NCBI GenBank assembly: GCA_012520635.1
Contig: JAAYNY010000051.1
Location: 1-60,229, forward strand
Length of the DNA stretch: 60,229 nt
Source of the DNA: Clostridiales bacterium
Lineage (GTDB): Bacteria > Bacillota > Clostridia > Lachnospirales > Lachnospiraceae
Direction: 5' to 3'
Position 1 is the stretch's first letter. Each line of letters begins with the position of its first letter. Under the pieces are notes generated by a model. That model worked only from the letters and a program-made list of their open reading frames with translations. It ran no database searches and had not been told where the DNA came from. The position numbers and the translations under genes are program-made. Positions 7,020 through 17,391 of the stretch are shown here, in pieces.

Positions 7020-9941
7020 ATGTTAACTTCATCAATATTTAAGAAGAAAAGTTTCTACTTCATATTTGTGCTTGTACTTCTTATAGTGGCTTATTTAACC
7101 TATGTTAAAGTCATGAATCAGCGTTATGACGCCTCTAATGAGGAGGATATGGTTTGGGGAACAGTAGAAAGGAATAAGATTGCAGGAAGAGATGACATAT
7201 ATAGTGCCTATCTAGAAAGGCATAAGGGTGTCTTAAAACCAGACCATGAAATCTCCATTGATGTTTGTAATTATTTCTTAGCTCATATGTCTAAAACATA
7301 TAGAACATATCAAGGAAGAAATGATGTAGTGATTACTGAAGAAGGCGGTTATGTTGAATGGGAAGTAGAGGTTCCTGAGACAGGACTTTATAATATTAGT
7401 TTGGATTATTATCCTATTGAAGGTAGAGGGGTTGACATAGAAAGAGCTTTGTACATTAATGGTGGAATCCCTTTCTCAGGTGCGGATACATTGACTTTTA
7501 CCCGTATCTGGACAGATGGTGGACAAATAAGATTGGATAATAGGGGCAATGAGATTAGACCTAGTCAGGTGGAAAAACCACGATGGGAGCGTACATATCT
7601 TAAAGATTATATGGGGTATTTTGTTGAGCCTTACAGCTTTTATCTATGTGAAGGAAAGAATCTTATAAGGATTGAGGCTGTAAGTGAACCCATGGCCATA
7701 AGTAATATATTAATCCATCAGAAGGAGGAGCTGCTTCCCTATGATGAATATATAGCCTCATTTGATTTAAGAAGATATAAGAATACAATCACAGACTTTT
7801 ACTATAAAAAACAAGGGGAGGACTCAGAGTTTAGATCTTCTCCTACCTTGTATGGAATTTTTGATAGGGCCTCCTCTAATACAGAGCCCTATAGTGCTGC
7901 AAAGATTAAGCTTAATTGTATTGGCGGTGAACAATGGAGAGTAGCAGGACAATGGATAGAATGGGAGTTTGAAGTACCAGAAGATGGGCTTTACAATATA
8001 TCATTTAAGGCAAAGCAAAATTATAACCGTGGCATGGTTTCTATACGTAATCTAACAATAGACGGAACCACTCCATTTAAAGAGGCTGCACAAGTTGAAT
8101 TTAAATATAATAACAGTTGGCAATTAACTACTCTTTCAGATAAGGATGGACTTCCTTGTAAGATACCCCTTACAGAGGGTAATCATGTGGTTCGTCTTGA
8201 GGTTACTATGGGTGAACTAGGGGATATATTAAAGGATATGGATGAATGTATATATAGGCTTAATGCAATTTATCGTAAAATTCTTGTTCTTACAGGGGCT
8301 AGACCAGATAAATTTAGAGATTATAGAATTGACAAGAAGTATCCTGAAGTTATGGTGGCAATGGAAGATGAGATTAAAGTGCTGAATAATCTAGTTGCCA
8401 GACTAGAAGAGTTTTCAGGGCAAAGAGGTTCCAATACAGCTGTTATTGTTAACATGTCAGAAAGATTACAACGGTTCACAAAAAATCCTGATTCCATACC
8501 TAGGGGGATGGAAGCTTTTAAGATAGATATAAGTTCTATGGGTACTGCTATGCTGGAGCTAACTAGTTCTAACCTTGATATTGATTATGTGTATATTAAC
8601 GCAGATGGGGCAAAACTTCCTGACGTAGAAGAGAAGTTCTTTGCTAAGCTTGCCCATGAACTTAGGTCTTTTACTGCTTCCTTTTTTGAGGATTATTCGA
8701 CCCTTGGAAGTGTATATGAGGAAGGCAAAGTAATTGATGTATGGTTACTTTCAGGACGTGATCAATCAACCATACTAAAGAATATGATAGATGAAGTGTT
8801 TACACCAACCTATGGTATTGGAGTAAATGTTAAGCTTATAGACCCTAATACCCTTCTTCCGGCAGTTGTAGCAGGAACAGGGCCTGATGTTGCTTTATCG
8901 GTGTTTAATCATGTACCTGTTGATTACGCCATAAGAGATGCGACAGTGGATTTAAGTCAATTTGAGGATTTTGATGAAGTGGCTTCTGAATTTATGGATA
9001 GTGCATTTGTGCCCTATGAGTTTGAGGGTGGGATATATGCTCTTCCTGAGACACAGAACTTTGCTGTAATGTTTTATAGAACAGATATTATGGGGGAAAT
9101 AGGGGCAGAAGTTCCAAATACCTGGGATGATGTAATAGAACTCCTTCCACTTTTGCAAAAGAATAATATGGAGTTTGCAATGCCCTCACCTGAAAGGGTT
9201 GTTGATGGGGTTCAAAATCCAGATACTGCAGGTATGATGTCCATATTGTTTCAGAATGGGGCAAAGCTCTATACACCTGATAAGAAGAGAACCTTGTTAG
9301 ATTCTGAAAAATCAGTAGAAGCATTTGATTTTTTTACAAGGTTATATACTCATTACAGCCTACCTGTTCAGTATGATTTTGTTAATAGATTCCGTACAGG
9401 TGAAATGCCTATAGGAGTTCAAGATTATAGCTACTTCAATACCTTAAGTGTATTTGCCCCTGAGATCAGGGGTCTATGGGAGTTCGGCTTGGTGCCTGAC
9501 ACCATAAGAGAAGACCAAACCGTGGATCACTCAGTAGCATTTGGAGGACATTGTTGCATGCTTTTAAGTAATGCCAAGGACAAGGAAGCGGCTTGGACCT
9601 TCCTTAAGTGGTGGGTAAGTGCTGAAACAAATACTCGCTTTGGTAGGGAACTGGAGAGTATCATGGGTTCTGCGGCTAGATATGCCACGGCCAATACTAA
9701 AGCTTTTGAAGAACTTCCCTGGAGTAAAGACCAAGCAGAGGTTATAAAAGAACAGTGGAAATGGACTGTTGGAACCCCTAGTGTGGCAGGAGGATATTCT
9801 ACTACTCGTCATGTAATCAATGCATATAGAAAGGTTATATATGATCATGAGGATCCAAGGGAAACCCTTCTTGATTACACCAGAACCATTAACGATGAGA
9901 TTAAGTTTAAACGTATTGAACTAGGCCTTGATGTTAATTAG
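7020..9941 (+). CDS. Very large membrane-anchored sugar solute-binding protein with two N-terminal CBM-like repeats
   Basis: N-terminal TM helix; repeats EGGYVEWEVEVPETGLYNISLDY and AGQWIEWEFEVPEDGLYNISFKA; helical linker; C-terminal SBP family-1 motifs (GPDVAL, YALPETQ, FYRTDI, AWTFLKWW). Confidence 0.85.
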   Translation: MLTSSIFKKKSFYFIFVLVLLIVAYLTYVKVMNQRYDASNEEDMVWGTVERNKIAGRDDIYSAYLERHKGVLKPDHEISIDVCNYFLAHMSKTYRTYQGRNDVVITEEGGYVEWEVEVPETGLYNISLDYYPIEGRGVDIERALYINGGIPFSGADTLTFTRIWTDGGQIRLDNRGNEIRPSQVEKPRWERTYLKDYMGYFVEPYSFYLCEGKNLIRIEAVSEPMAISNILIHQKEELLPYDEYIASFDLRRYKNTITDFYYKKQGEDSEFRSSPTLYGIFDRASSNTEPYSAAKIKLNCIGGEQWRVAGQWIEWEFEVPEDGLYNISFKAKQNYNRGMVSIRNLTIDGTTPFKEAAQVEFKYNNSWQLTTLSDKDGLPCKIPLTEGNHVVRLEVTMGELGDILKDMDECIYRLNAIYRKILVLTGARPDKFRDYRIDKKYPEVMVAMEDEIKVLNNLVARLEEFSGQRGSNTAVIVNMSERLQRFTKNPDSIPRGMEAFKIDISSMGTAMLELTSSNLDIDYVYINADGAKLPDVEEKFFAKLAHELRSFTASFFEDYSTLGSVYEEGKVIDVWLLSGRDQSTILKNMIDEVFTPTYGIGVNVKLIDPNTLLPAVVAGTGPDVALSVFNHVPVDYAIRDATVDLSQFEDFDEVASEFMDSAFVPYEFEGGIYALPETQNFAVMFYRTDIMGEIGAEVPNTWDDVIELLPLLQKNNMEFAMPSPERVVDGVQNPDTAGMMSILFQNGAKLYTPDKKRTLLDSEKSVEAFDFFTRLYTHYSLPVQYDFVNRFRTGEMPIGVQDYSYFNTLSVFAPEIRGLWEFGLVPDTIREDQTVDHSVAFGGHCCMLLSNAKDKEAAWTFLKWWVSAETNTRFGRELESIMGSAARYATANTKAFEELPWSKDQAEVIKEQWKWTVGTPSVAGGYSTTRHVINAYRKVIYDHEDPRETLLDYTRTINDEIKFKRIELGLDVN

Positions 9942-9964
9942 GGATTGGGGGAAAGAAGGTTAAG

Positions 9965-10879
9965 ATGGGTGTGAAGTTTGATAAGTGGAAGAATACTTTA
10001 AAAACCATATGGAAATGTAGGGTTCAGTATGCCTTCCTGTTGCCTTATGCTTTGATATTCACAATATTTTTTGTACTACCGGTTATTATTTCAATTGTAT
10101 ATAGCTTTACATACTATAATGTCCTTAATCCACCAGAATTTATAGGTTTGCAAAATTATATAAATCTTCTTCTAGCAGATGATGTGTTTTTGATATCGGT
10201 TAAGAATACATTTGTTCTAGCAGTTATAACAGGGCCACTAGGTTATATAATGTCGTTTATGTTTGCATGGTTAATTCATGAGTTACCCAGATTTTTAAAA
10301 ACCATATTTGTATTAATATTTTTTGCTCCCTCTATTGGTGTTAATACATTTATGCTGTTTGGAACATTATTCAGCTCGGACTCATATGGATGGGTTAATG
10401 CCTACCTAATGGACTGGAGCATAACAAGTGCACCTATATTCTGGCTAACAGATCCCACTTATATGATGACCGTTATTATTATAGTTGTATTATGGATGAG
10501 TTTAGGTAATGGATTCCTGTCTTTTATAGCAGGTCTTCAGACTATTGGCAAAGATCAATATGAGGCTGCTTATGTAGATGGAATTAAAAACCGTTGGCAA
10601 GAACTATGGTACATTACCTTACCTAATATGAAACCAATGTTATTATTTGGTGCTGTAATGTCCATTACATCATCTTTTACAGTAGGTGAAGTGGCCAATG
10701 CTCTGTGTGGCTTTCCAAGTACGGACTATGCTGCAAGTACAGTTGTCACCCACCTGACGGATTATGGTTCACTTCGATTTGATATGGGCTATGCTTCTGC
10801 AATAGCAAGCTTGCTTTTCCTGGTTATGATATTAGCTAAGAAAGCTATTGTTACAATGCTTAATAAGCTAGGAACCTGA
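9965..10879 (+). CDS. Carbohydrate ABC permease (MalF-like)
   Basis: Multiple TM helices; EAA loop YEAAYVDG. Confidence 0.92.
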   Translation: MGVKFDKWKNTLKTIWKCRVQYAFLLPYALIFTIFFVLPVIISIVYSFTYYNVLNPPEFIGLQNYINLLLADDVFLISVKNTFVLAVITGPLGYIMSFMFAWLIHELPRFLKTIFVLIFFAPSIGVNTFMLFGTLFSSDSYGWVNAYLMDWSITSAPIFWLTDPTYMMTVIIIVVLWMSLGNGFLSFIAGLQTIGKDQYEAAYVDGIKNRWQELWYITLPNMKPMLLFGAVMSITSSFTVGEVANALCGFPSTDYAASTVVTHLTDYGSLRFDMGYASAIASLLFLVMILAKKAIVTMLNKLGT

Positions 10880-10915
10880 TGATCTATGGGTTTAAATATG
10901 AATAGGGGAGTTAGG

Positions 10916-11773
10916 ATGAAAATAAAAAAAAGAAAACCAAATAGATCAATATGGGGAGATGGGTTTGTACTTGTCCTATTGGTGGGAGCTGGTTGGTTCT
11001 TTGTCTTACCTTTGCTATATGCATTTAATAGCGCCTTTAAACCACTTGATGAGATATTCTTATTCCCGCCCAGACTATGGGTGAACAAACCAACCCTGGA
11101 TAACTTTGCAGATTTATTTGTCTTGATGAGTAAGACATGGATACCATTTTCCCGCTATATATTTAATACGGTTTTTATTACCGTAGTAGGAACACTAGGC
11201 CATTTACTGGTGGCATCTATGGCAGCATATGTCTTGTCCAAATATGACTTTCCAGGTAGTAAAGCTTTCTTTACGATTGTAGTTAATGCCCTAATGTTTA
11301 CCCCACAGGTTTTAGCAATACCTAACTATCTTGTTATGACTAAACTTGGTTGGGTAAATACATATTGGGCCATCATAGTACCAGCATTTGCGGCCCCCAT
11401 AGGTTTATTCCTTATGAAGCAGTTTATGGAGCAAATACCCGATGCCCTTATAGAGGCGGCCAAAGTAGATGGAGCCAAGGAGCTAGGAATATATTTTAAA
11501 ATAATAATGCCCCTTGTAAAACCAGCTTCCCTGACCTTGTCCATTTTCTCCATATTAAATCTATGGAATACCAGAGCATCTAATTTTATCTATGATGAGG
11601 AATTAAAGACCTTGCCCTATGCATTATCTCAGATAGTTACTGGGGGACAGATTGCAAGAGCAGGGGTTAGTGCAGCGGTAACACTATTTATACTTATAGT
11701 TCCCTTAATGTTTTTTATTAGTGCACAAAGTAGCATCATAGAAACCATGGCCAGTTCAGGAATTAAGGAATGA
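10916..11773 (+). CDS. Carbohydrate ABC permease (MalG-like)
   Basis: IPDALIEAAKVDGA; start chosen after GGGGAG RBS (ORF track starts at 10886). Confidence 0.92.
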   Translation: MKIKKRKPNRSIWGDGFVLVLLVGAGWFFVLPLLYAFNSAFKPLDEIFLFPPRLWVNKPTLDNFADLFVLMSKTWIPFSRYIFNTVFITVVGTLGHLLVASMAAYVLSKYDFPGSKAFFTIVVNALMFTPQVLAIPNYLVMTKLGWVNTYWAIIVPAFAAPIGLFLMKQFMEQIPDALIEAAKVDGAKELGIYFKIIMPLVKPASLTLSIFSILNLWNTRASNFIYDEELKTLPYALSQIVTGGQIARAGVSAAVTLFILIVPLMFFISAQSSIIETMASSGIKE

Positions 11774-11782
11774 GGTGATAAG

Positions 11783-13906
11783 ATGAGGATGAAGTTAGGG
11801 ATAGCTTGTATCAGTTTATTAATTCTGACACATCTTTTTACGTCAGTTTCCAAGGTCTTAGGGGAAACTGAATCCTACACTTATACATATGAATACTTTG
11901 GTAACATGCTGGAGTCACCAGATGCCTATACTCCTGAGGCACTGCTTCTTGGAAGTCACTTGGGAATTGGTGACTTTAATAATCCTAGTTCTCTCTTTGT
12001 AAGAGATGAGGATTTATATATTGTGGATTCTGGTAATAACAGGATTGTTGTTGTTAACAAGTTTTTTGAGTTAATTAGAATAATAGACAAGGTTATGATA
12101 GATGGTCAGGAAAATACCCTTCTAAACCCCTCAGATATATTTGTGGCAGAAGGTGGGGAGATGTATATCTGTGATACAGGCAATAATCGTGTATTACATG
12201 TAGATAGTAATCTGAATGGGATTAAGACCTATGTAAAACCTGATGATCCCACTGTTCTTGAAGAAACTAACTTTATTCCTTTAAAATCCGTTGCTGACAA
12301 GGCTGGTCGATTATTTGTCTTGGCGGCTAATGTCAACCAAGGTTTTATGGAATATGATAGATTTGGTGAATTTAGTAACTTTATTGGTGCTAATCCTGTT
12401 AAGGCAAGCTTTTTCCAGGCCTTTTCCAAGAGGTTAATGACAAAAGAACAAAGAGATAGAATGATACTTTTTGTACCTACAGAGTATAGCAATCTTGCTA
12501 TAGATAAAGATGACTTTTTATATGCAACAACAACTACCTTTACTGAAGAGGAACTACGAACCATGGATAGTGTTAGGCCTATCCGTAAGTTAAACTCCCT
12601 TGGGCAAGATATTCTGGTTAGGAATGGCTATGAAGATCAAATTGGTGATGTGCAGACAGGTAGTGGAGGTGATGTAAGTGGTCCTTCCAGATTTCAGGAT
12701 GTTACACCTATGGACAATGATACTTATTACTGTCTAGATCGTAACAGAGGGAGGATTTTTGCTTATGACTTTCAGGGAAATCTCTTGTATGTATTTGGAG
12801 GTCTAGGTAATAAGTTGGGGTATTTTCAGTATCCTGTATCTATTGAACACATGGGGACAGATATTTTTGTACTGGATAATAGATCAGTATCTGTAACTAG
12901 ATTTACATTAACAGACTTTGGCTCATATATTAATAAAGGTCTTTTATACTATAAACAAGGAAGATATGAAGAATCGGCTAAGTATTGGAAGAAAGCATTA
13001 TTCTTAAATGGAAACTATGACCAGGCCTATATAGGCATTGGAAGAGCTCTTCTTAGATCTGGAGAGTATGAAGAAGCTATGAAGTATTTTGAAGCTAAGC
13101 GTGATGTAAATAGTTATTCAAAAGCATTTGCCAGATATAGAAAGGAATGGGTTGAGGAAAATATTAAAAGTATTCTCACTTTTGCTTTAGCACTAATAAT
13201 TATCCCCATAATTATTGGTGGCATAAAGAAGAGAGTTAGAAAGATGAATACTAAGCAAGTAACTTATAAGGGTAGATTAAAAGAACTTTTAGAAAGCTTA
13301 AGATATAGTCTATATGTTATATTTCATCCATTTGATGGCTTTTGGGATCTTATTCATGAAAAACGTGGATCCTTTGCTGCTGCTACTGTAATATTTATTA
13401 TGGTAATACTAACTCAAGTATGGTCATGGACATATTCTTCCTTTCCGTATTATTTTCCCCAGTGGGAATACTTTAATCTCTTCATGGAAGTAATCCCAAC
13501 CATTGTATTATTCTTTATATGGTGTATTGCAAACTGGAGCCTTACCACATTGATGGATGGAAAGGGAAAGCTGGGACATATATATATGGCATCGGCCTAT
13601 GCCCTTAGTCCTTATGTCTTAATTAGGATACCACTTATCTTCCTTACATATGTGCTTACCCTAGAGGAGTCAGCCTACTACTCCCTATTTGTTTATATCT
13701 CCTTTATGTGGTGCCTGGTGCTGATGATTGCCGCCATGATGATGATACATGATTATACTATAGGAAAAGCCCTGTTTTCTAGTTTGCTAACAATTGTAAC
13801 TATGATGGTTATTATATTCCTTATAGTCATTTTTTTTAGTTTAATTACACAAAGCTTTGGTTACTTTGTGGCTCTATATAAAGAAGTTGCATTTAGGCTA
13901 TATTAG
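11783..13906 (+). CDS. NHL-repeat beta-propeller + TPR + TM, fused to a YIP1-family membrane domain
   Basis: Signal-like N-terminus; NHL motifs YIVDSGNNRIV and YICDTGNNRVL; TPR-like AYIGIGRALLRSGEYEEAMKYF; C-terminal FHPFDGFWDL...NWSLTTLMDGKG with about 5 TM helices. Confidence 0.8.
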   Translation: MRMKLGIACISLLILTHLFTSVSKVLGETESYTYTYEYFGNMLESPDAYTPEALLLGSHLGIGDFNNPSSLFVRDEDLYIVDSGNNRIVVVNKFFELIRIIDKVMIDGQENTLLNPSDIFVAEGGEMYICDTGNNRVLHVDSNLNGIKTYVKPDDPTVLEETNFIPLKSVADKAGRLFVLAANVNQGFMEYDRFGEFSNFIGANPVKASFFQAFSKRLMTKEQRDRMILFVPTEYSNLAIDKDDFLYATTTTFTEEELRTMDSVRPIRKLNSLGQDILVRNGYEDQIGDVQTGSGGDVSGPSRFQDVTPMDNDTYYCLDRNRGRIFAYDFQGNLLYVFGGLGNKLGYFQYPVSIEHMGTDIFVLDNRSVSVTRFTLTDFGSYINKGLLYYKQGRYEESAKYWKKALFLNGNYDQAYIGIGRALLRSGEYEEAMKYFEAKRDVNSYSKAFARYRKEWVEENIKSILTFALALIIIPIIIGGIKKRVRKMNTKQVTYKGRLKELLESLRYSLYVIFHPFDGFWDLIHEKRGSFAAATVIFIMVILTQVWSWTYSSFPYYFPQWEYFNLFMEVIPTIVLFFIWCIANWSLTTLMDGKGKLGHIYMASAYALSPYVLIRIPLIFLTYVLTLEESAYYSLFVYISFMWCLVLMIAAMMMIHDYTIGKALFSSLLTIVTMMVIIFLIVIFFSLITQSFGYFVALYKEVAFRLY

Positions 13907-13930
13907 CTGGCGGAAGGAGGATGTAAGAAA

Positions 13931-16453
13931 GTGAAGAATAGAAAAAGATTTCTCTTATTACTTCTATTCACCTTCCTACTTAGTGTTTTGTCTGCATGTA
14001 GTAAGGAAATAGCGAAAAAACCATTAGAAGTTTATTCATATGAAAATATTGAAGATAAAATTGTCATTGAAAATGATAAATATAAGTTTTGCTTTTTCCC
14101 TGAGACTACACATTTTAATATTGAGAATAAAAGTACAAGGCAAATCTGGTATTCAAATCCCCAGAATACAGGGGAACAAGGGGGATTAACAGATGAATTA
14201 GAATCAACACTTACCATACGATATAATACTGAATCTGGAAGCAAGACCATGATGAGTAATTATGGATATTCCATCAAGAAATCAAACTATACATATGAAG
14301 TGCTAGATAATGGCATAAAGGTTAACTATACCATTGGTAATGTCAATAAGATTTATTATGTTCCTAGGGCGGTACCTGAATCCAGGTTTTTAGAGTTCTT
14401 TAATAGAATGAGTAAATCTGTACAGAATCAGATTCATATGAGTTATAGAATATATGATATTAATGACCTTAGAAAAAATGATGATAAGGATAAATTAATT
14501 GCTACTTATCCTGATATTGTTAATGAACCTATCTATGTAATGATGGATAGCACCCCAGAATATCTTATTAAAATGGCTGAAGAGAAATTTGCAGAGGTGG
14601 GATATGGGCCTGAGGATTATGAAATAGATGCTGCTAGATATAGTAGTGAAACAAGTCAGGATGTCCCGGTTTTTAATATATCAATTATATATGAGCTTAA
14701 GGATGATGGGTTTGAAGTAAGTATACCTTTAAAGCAAATAGAATATAAGAAAGAATATCCAATTGTAGAAGTTAGGCCATTGCCTTTCTTTGGAGCCGGG
14801 GGTACTGTTGATGATGGGTTTATCTTGGTTCCAGATGGTTCAGGTGGGATTATCAATTTTAATAACCAAAAGCAATCTCAAAATTCCTACATAAGTAATC
14901 TATATGGTTGGGATTATGCCCTAAATCGTAAGGCTCTTATAGACGAAACAAGAGTTAACATGCCCATATTTGGCATTAGTAGAAATGGTGCTTCTTTTAT
15001 ATGTGTCCTTGAGGAGGGTAGTTCTTATGGATTTCTAGAAGCTGACGTAAGTGGTGGAAGTAATGAATATAATTATTGCTGTGCTAATTATAATCTTATT
15101 CATAGTGAGGTAATGGATATATCAGCAAAATCAGATAGAACTATTCGTATGTTTGAGGAAGAACTTCCAGATGAAATAATTAGACAAAAATACATATTTG
15201 TAGATGATGATGATTATGTTTCAATGGCAACAAAATACCGTAAGTACCTTATGGATCGGTTTCCCCAGCTTACAAAAAGAACAGAAAGTGATTTACCCGT
15301 GGCGGTAGAAATTATCGGGGCTATAGACAGAACAAAACACTACCTGGGAATGCCTACAAGGCAGCCCTATGAGCTGACTTCCTATAAAGAAGCTGAAAAT
15401 ATGATTAAGGAGCTTAAGGAGGCAGGCTTTACAGATTTAAGTGTTAAGTATAAAGGATGGTTCAATGATGGGGTTTTACATAAGCCTCCTAACAAGGTTA
15501 AACATATATCAGAACTTGGCAGTAAAAAAGATTTAATCAGTCTAGCTGCTTATGCCAGTGAGCATAAAGTGAACCTGTATCTTTCGGCTTCTTTTCAGTT
15601 TGTTTATAATAATTCGTTGTTTGATAATTTTATTAGTGTAAGGGATGGAGCTAAACATGTTAATCGGAAAGTGGTAGAGCTTGTCCCCTATAATCCAATA
15701 TATTATGGTAAGACAGACTATCTATATACATATCATTTGGCAAGGCCTAGTTATTATCTGAAGAATCTAGATAACTATGCTAATGAGATAGTGGGACTTG
15801 GTGTAAAGAACATTGCACTAGAAGATATAGGTATGATATTAAGCTCTGATTTTAATAGAAAGTCTCTAGTTAGCAGAGAGAAGGCCATGAAACTTCAAAT
15901 GAATAAACTTAGTCAGTTGGCAGGGGAGGGATATAATATACTAATCCATTCTGGCAACATGTATGCAGTTCCTTATGCTGATATGATAGTGGATCTTAAT
16001 CTAGCAACTAAGGGTTATAACATAATAGATGAAGAGATTCCGTTCTATGAAATTGTTCTTCATGGATTAGTTTCATATACAGGCTCACCTATAAATCTGT
16101 CCCCTAACTATGAAAGAAATTTGCTAAAGACTATAGAGACAGGAGCAGGTTTGTATTTTAGCTTTATGGATGCAGACATTTTTGATTTGCAAGATAGTCG
16201 TTATACTAATTATTTTTCATCTGATTATAATCAGTGGAAGGAAAAGGCTGCTATTTTATACAATGAGATGAAGTCTAACTTTGGCCATCTTTTTAATCAG
16301 TTTATTATAGATCATCAGAAGTTAGCCAGTGATGTTTATATGACTGAATATGAGGATGGCACCAGGATTATAGTTAACTACGGTGAAAAATCTTATATCC
16401 ACAAGGGCACTGAGATTCCAGCTAAGGATTATACTGTGGAAGGAGGTAAATAG
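13931..16453 (+). CDS. DUF5696-like large lipoprotein, possible glycan-binding/hydrolase fold
   Basis: Lipobox LSAC; LPFFGAG..GFILVPDGSGGIINF, YKGWFNDG and IPFYEIVLHG motifs. Confidence 0.7.
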   Translation: MKNRKRFLLLLLFTFLLSVLSACSKEIAKKPLEVYSYENIEDKIVIENDKYKFCFFPETTHFNIENKSTRQIWYSNPQNTGEQGGLTDELESTLTIRYNTESGSKTMMSNYGYSIKKSNYTYEVLDNGIKVNYTIGNVNKIYYVPRAVPESRFLEFFNRMSKSVQNQIHMSYRIYDINDLRKNDDKDKLIATYPDIVNEPIYVMMDSTPEYLIKMAEEKFAEVGYGPEDYEIDAARYSSETSQDVPVFNISIIYELKDDGFEVSIPLKQIEYKKEYPIVEVRPLPFFGAGGTVDDGFILVPDGSGGIINFNNQKQSQNSYISNLYGWDYALNRKALIDETRVNMPIFGISRNGASFICVLEEGSSYGFLEADVSGGSNEYNYCCANYNLIHSEVMDISAKSDRTIRMFEEELPDEIIRQKYIFVDDDDYVSMATKYRKYLMDRFPQLTKRTESDLPVAVEIIGAIDRTKHYLGMPTRQPYELTSYKEAENMIKELKEAGFTDLSVKYKGWFNDGVLHKPPNKVKHISELGSKKDLISLAAYASEHKVNLYLSASFQFVYNNSLFDNFISVRDGAKHVNRKVVELVPYNPIYYGKTDYLYTYHLARPSYYLKNLDNYANEIVGLGVKNIALEDIGMILSSDFNRKSLVSREKAMKLQMNKLSQLAGEGYNILIHSGNMYAVPYADMIVDLNLATKGYNIIDEEIPFYEIVLHGLVSYTGSPINLSPNYERNLLKTIETGAGLYFSFMDADIFDLQDSRYTNYFSSDYNQWKEKAAILYNEMKSNFGHLFNQFIIDHQKLASDVYMTEYEDGTRIIVNYGEKSYIHKGTEIPAKDYTVEGGK

Positions 16454-16455
16454 TA

Positions 16456-17391
16456 ATGAAGAATAAAAGAAGTGGAATCCAAGGTAGACAAAGGAAGATA
16501 AGAAAGCCAAAGAGTATGGCCTTTCGTAATGCTTTAGCTGGATATTTATTTACATCACCTTTTATAATAGGATTTTTATTGTTTTTAATGTTACCATTGT
16601 TGCAATCATTTAGGATGGCATTTAGCACGGTAAGATTTGATGGAGGTATAGTATATGATTTTGTGAAGTTTTATAACTTCAAATACATATTCAAAATTGA
16701 CCCTGAGTTTATACCTCTTTTAATAGACGAATTACTACAGATGGCTTACACTGTACCTTCAATTATTGTGTTCAGTTTTTTTATAGCCATAGTACTTAAT
16801 CAGAAGTTTAAAGGAAGGGGCTTGGTTCGTGCCATCTTCTTTTTGCCGGTTATACTTTCCTCTGGTGTCTTAATTGGACTGGAGACCAATAATACTCTTA
16901 TGCAGGGGCTAAAAGATGTTATTGCAAAGACGTCAAATGCTAGCAGTATTACTGATGTTGTAAAAAGCATGTTTTTAACAGAAGGTGCATACATAGGACC
17001 GATTCAATATGTGTTTGATGCTGTAGACCGAGTTTATGAAATTGCAATGGCATCAGGGATTCAGATTATTATATTCCTTTCTGGACTTCAAACTATTCCA
17101 GCCAGTATGTTTGAGGCTGCGGTGATAGAAGGTGCCACCCCATGGGAGACTTTCTGGAAGATAACATTTCCAATGGTTAGTTCATTAATATTAGTTAATG
17201 TTATCTACTCCATTATAGACTTCTTCGTAAGGTCAGATAATGAGGTAATGACTCATATTAAAGATACTATGACTGCCCAAGTTGAATATGGAAGAAGTTC
17301 AGCCATGGCCTGGACTTACTTTGGGGTAATTGCTGTAATTATAGCACTAGTGTCAGCCATTATATCAAAGAGGGTGTACTATTATGATTAG
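16456..17391 (+). CDS. Carbohydrate ABC permease (MalF-like)
   Basis: RAIFFLPVIL; SMFEAAVIEGATPWETFWKITFP. Confidence 0.92.
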   Translation: MKNKRSGIQGRQRKIRKPKSMAFRNALAGYLFTSPFIIGFLLFLMLPLLQSFRMAFSTVRFDGGIVYDFVKFYNFKYIFKIDPEFIPLLIDELLQMAYTVPSIIVFSFFIAIVLNQKFKGRGLVRAIFFLPVILSSGVLIGLETNNTLMQGLKDVIAKTSNASSITDVVKSMFLTEGAYIGPIQYVFDAVDRVYEIAMASGIQIIIFLSGLQTIPASMFEAAVIEGATPWETFWKITFPMVSSLILVNVIYSIIDFFVRSDNEVMTHIKDTMTAQVEYGRSSAMAWTYFGVIAVIIALVSAIISKRVYYYD

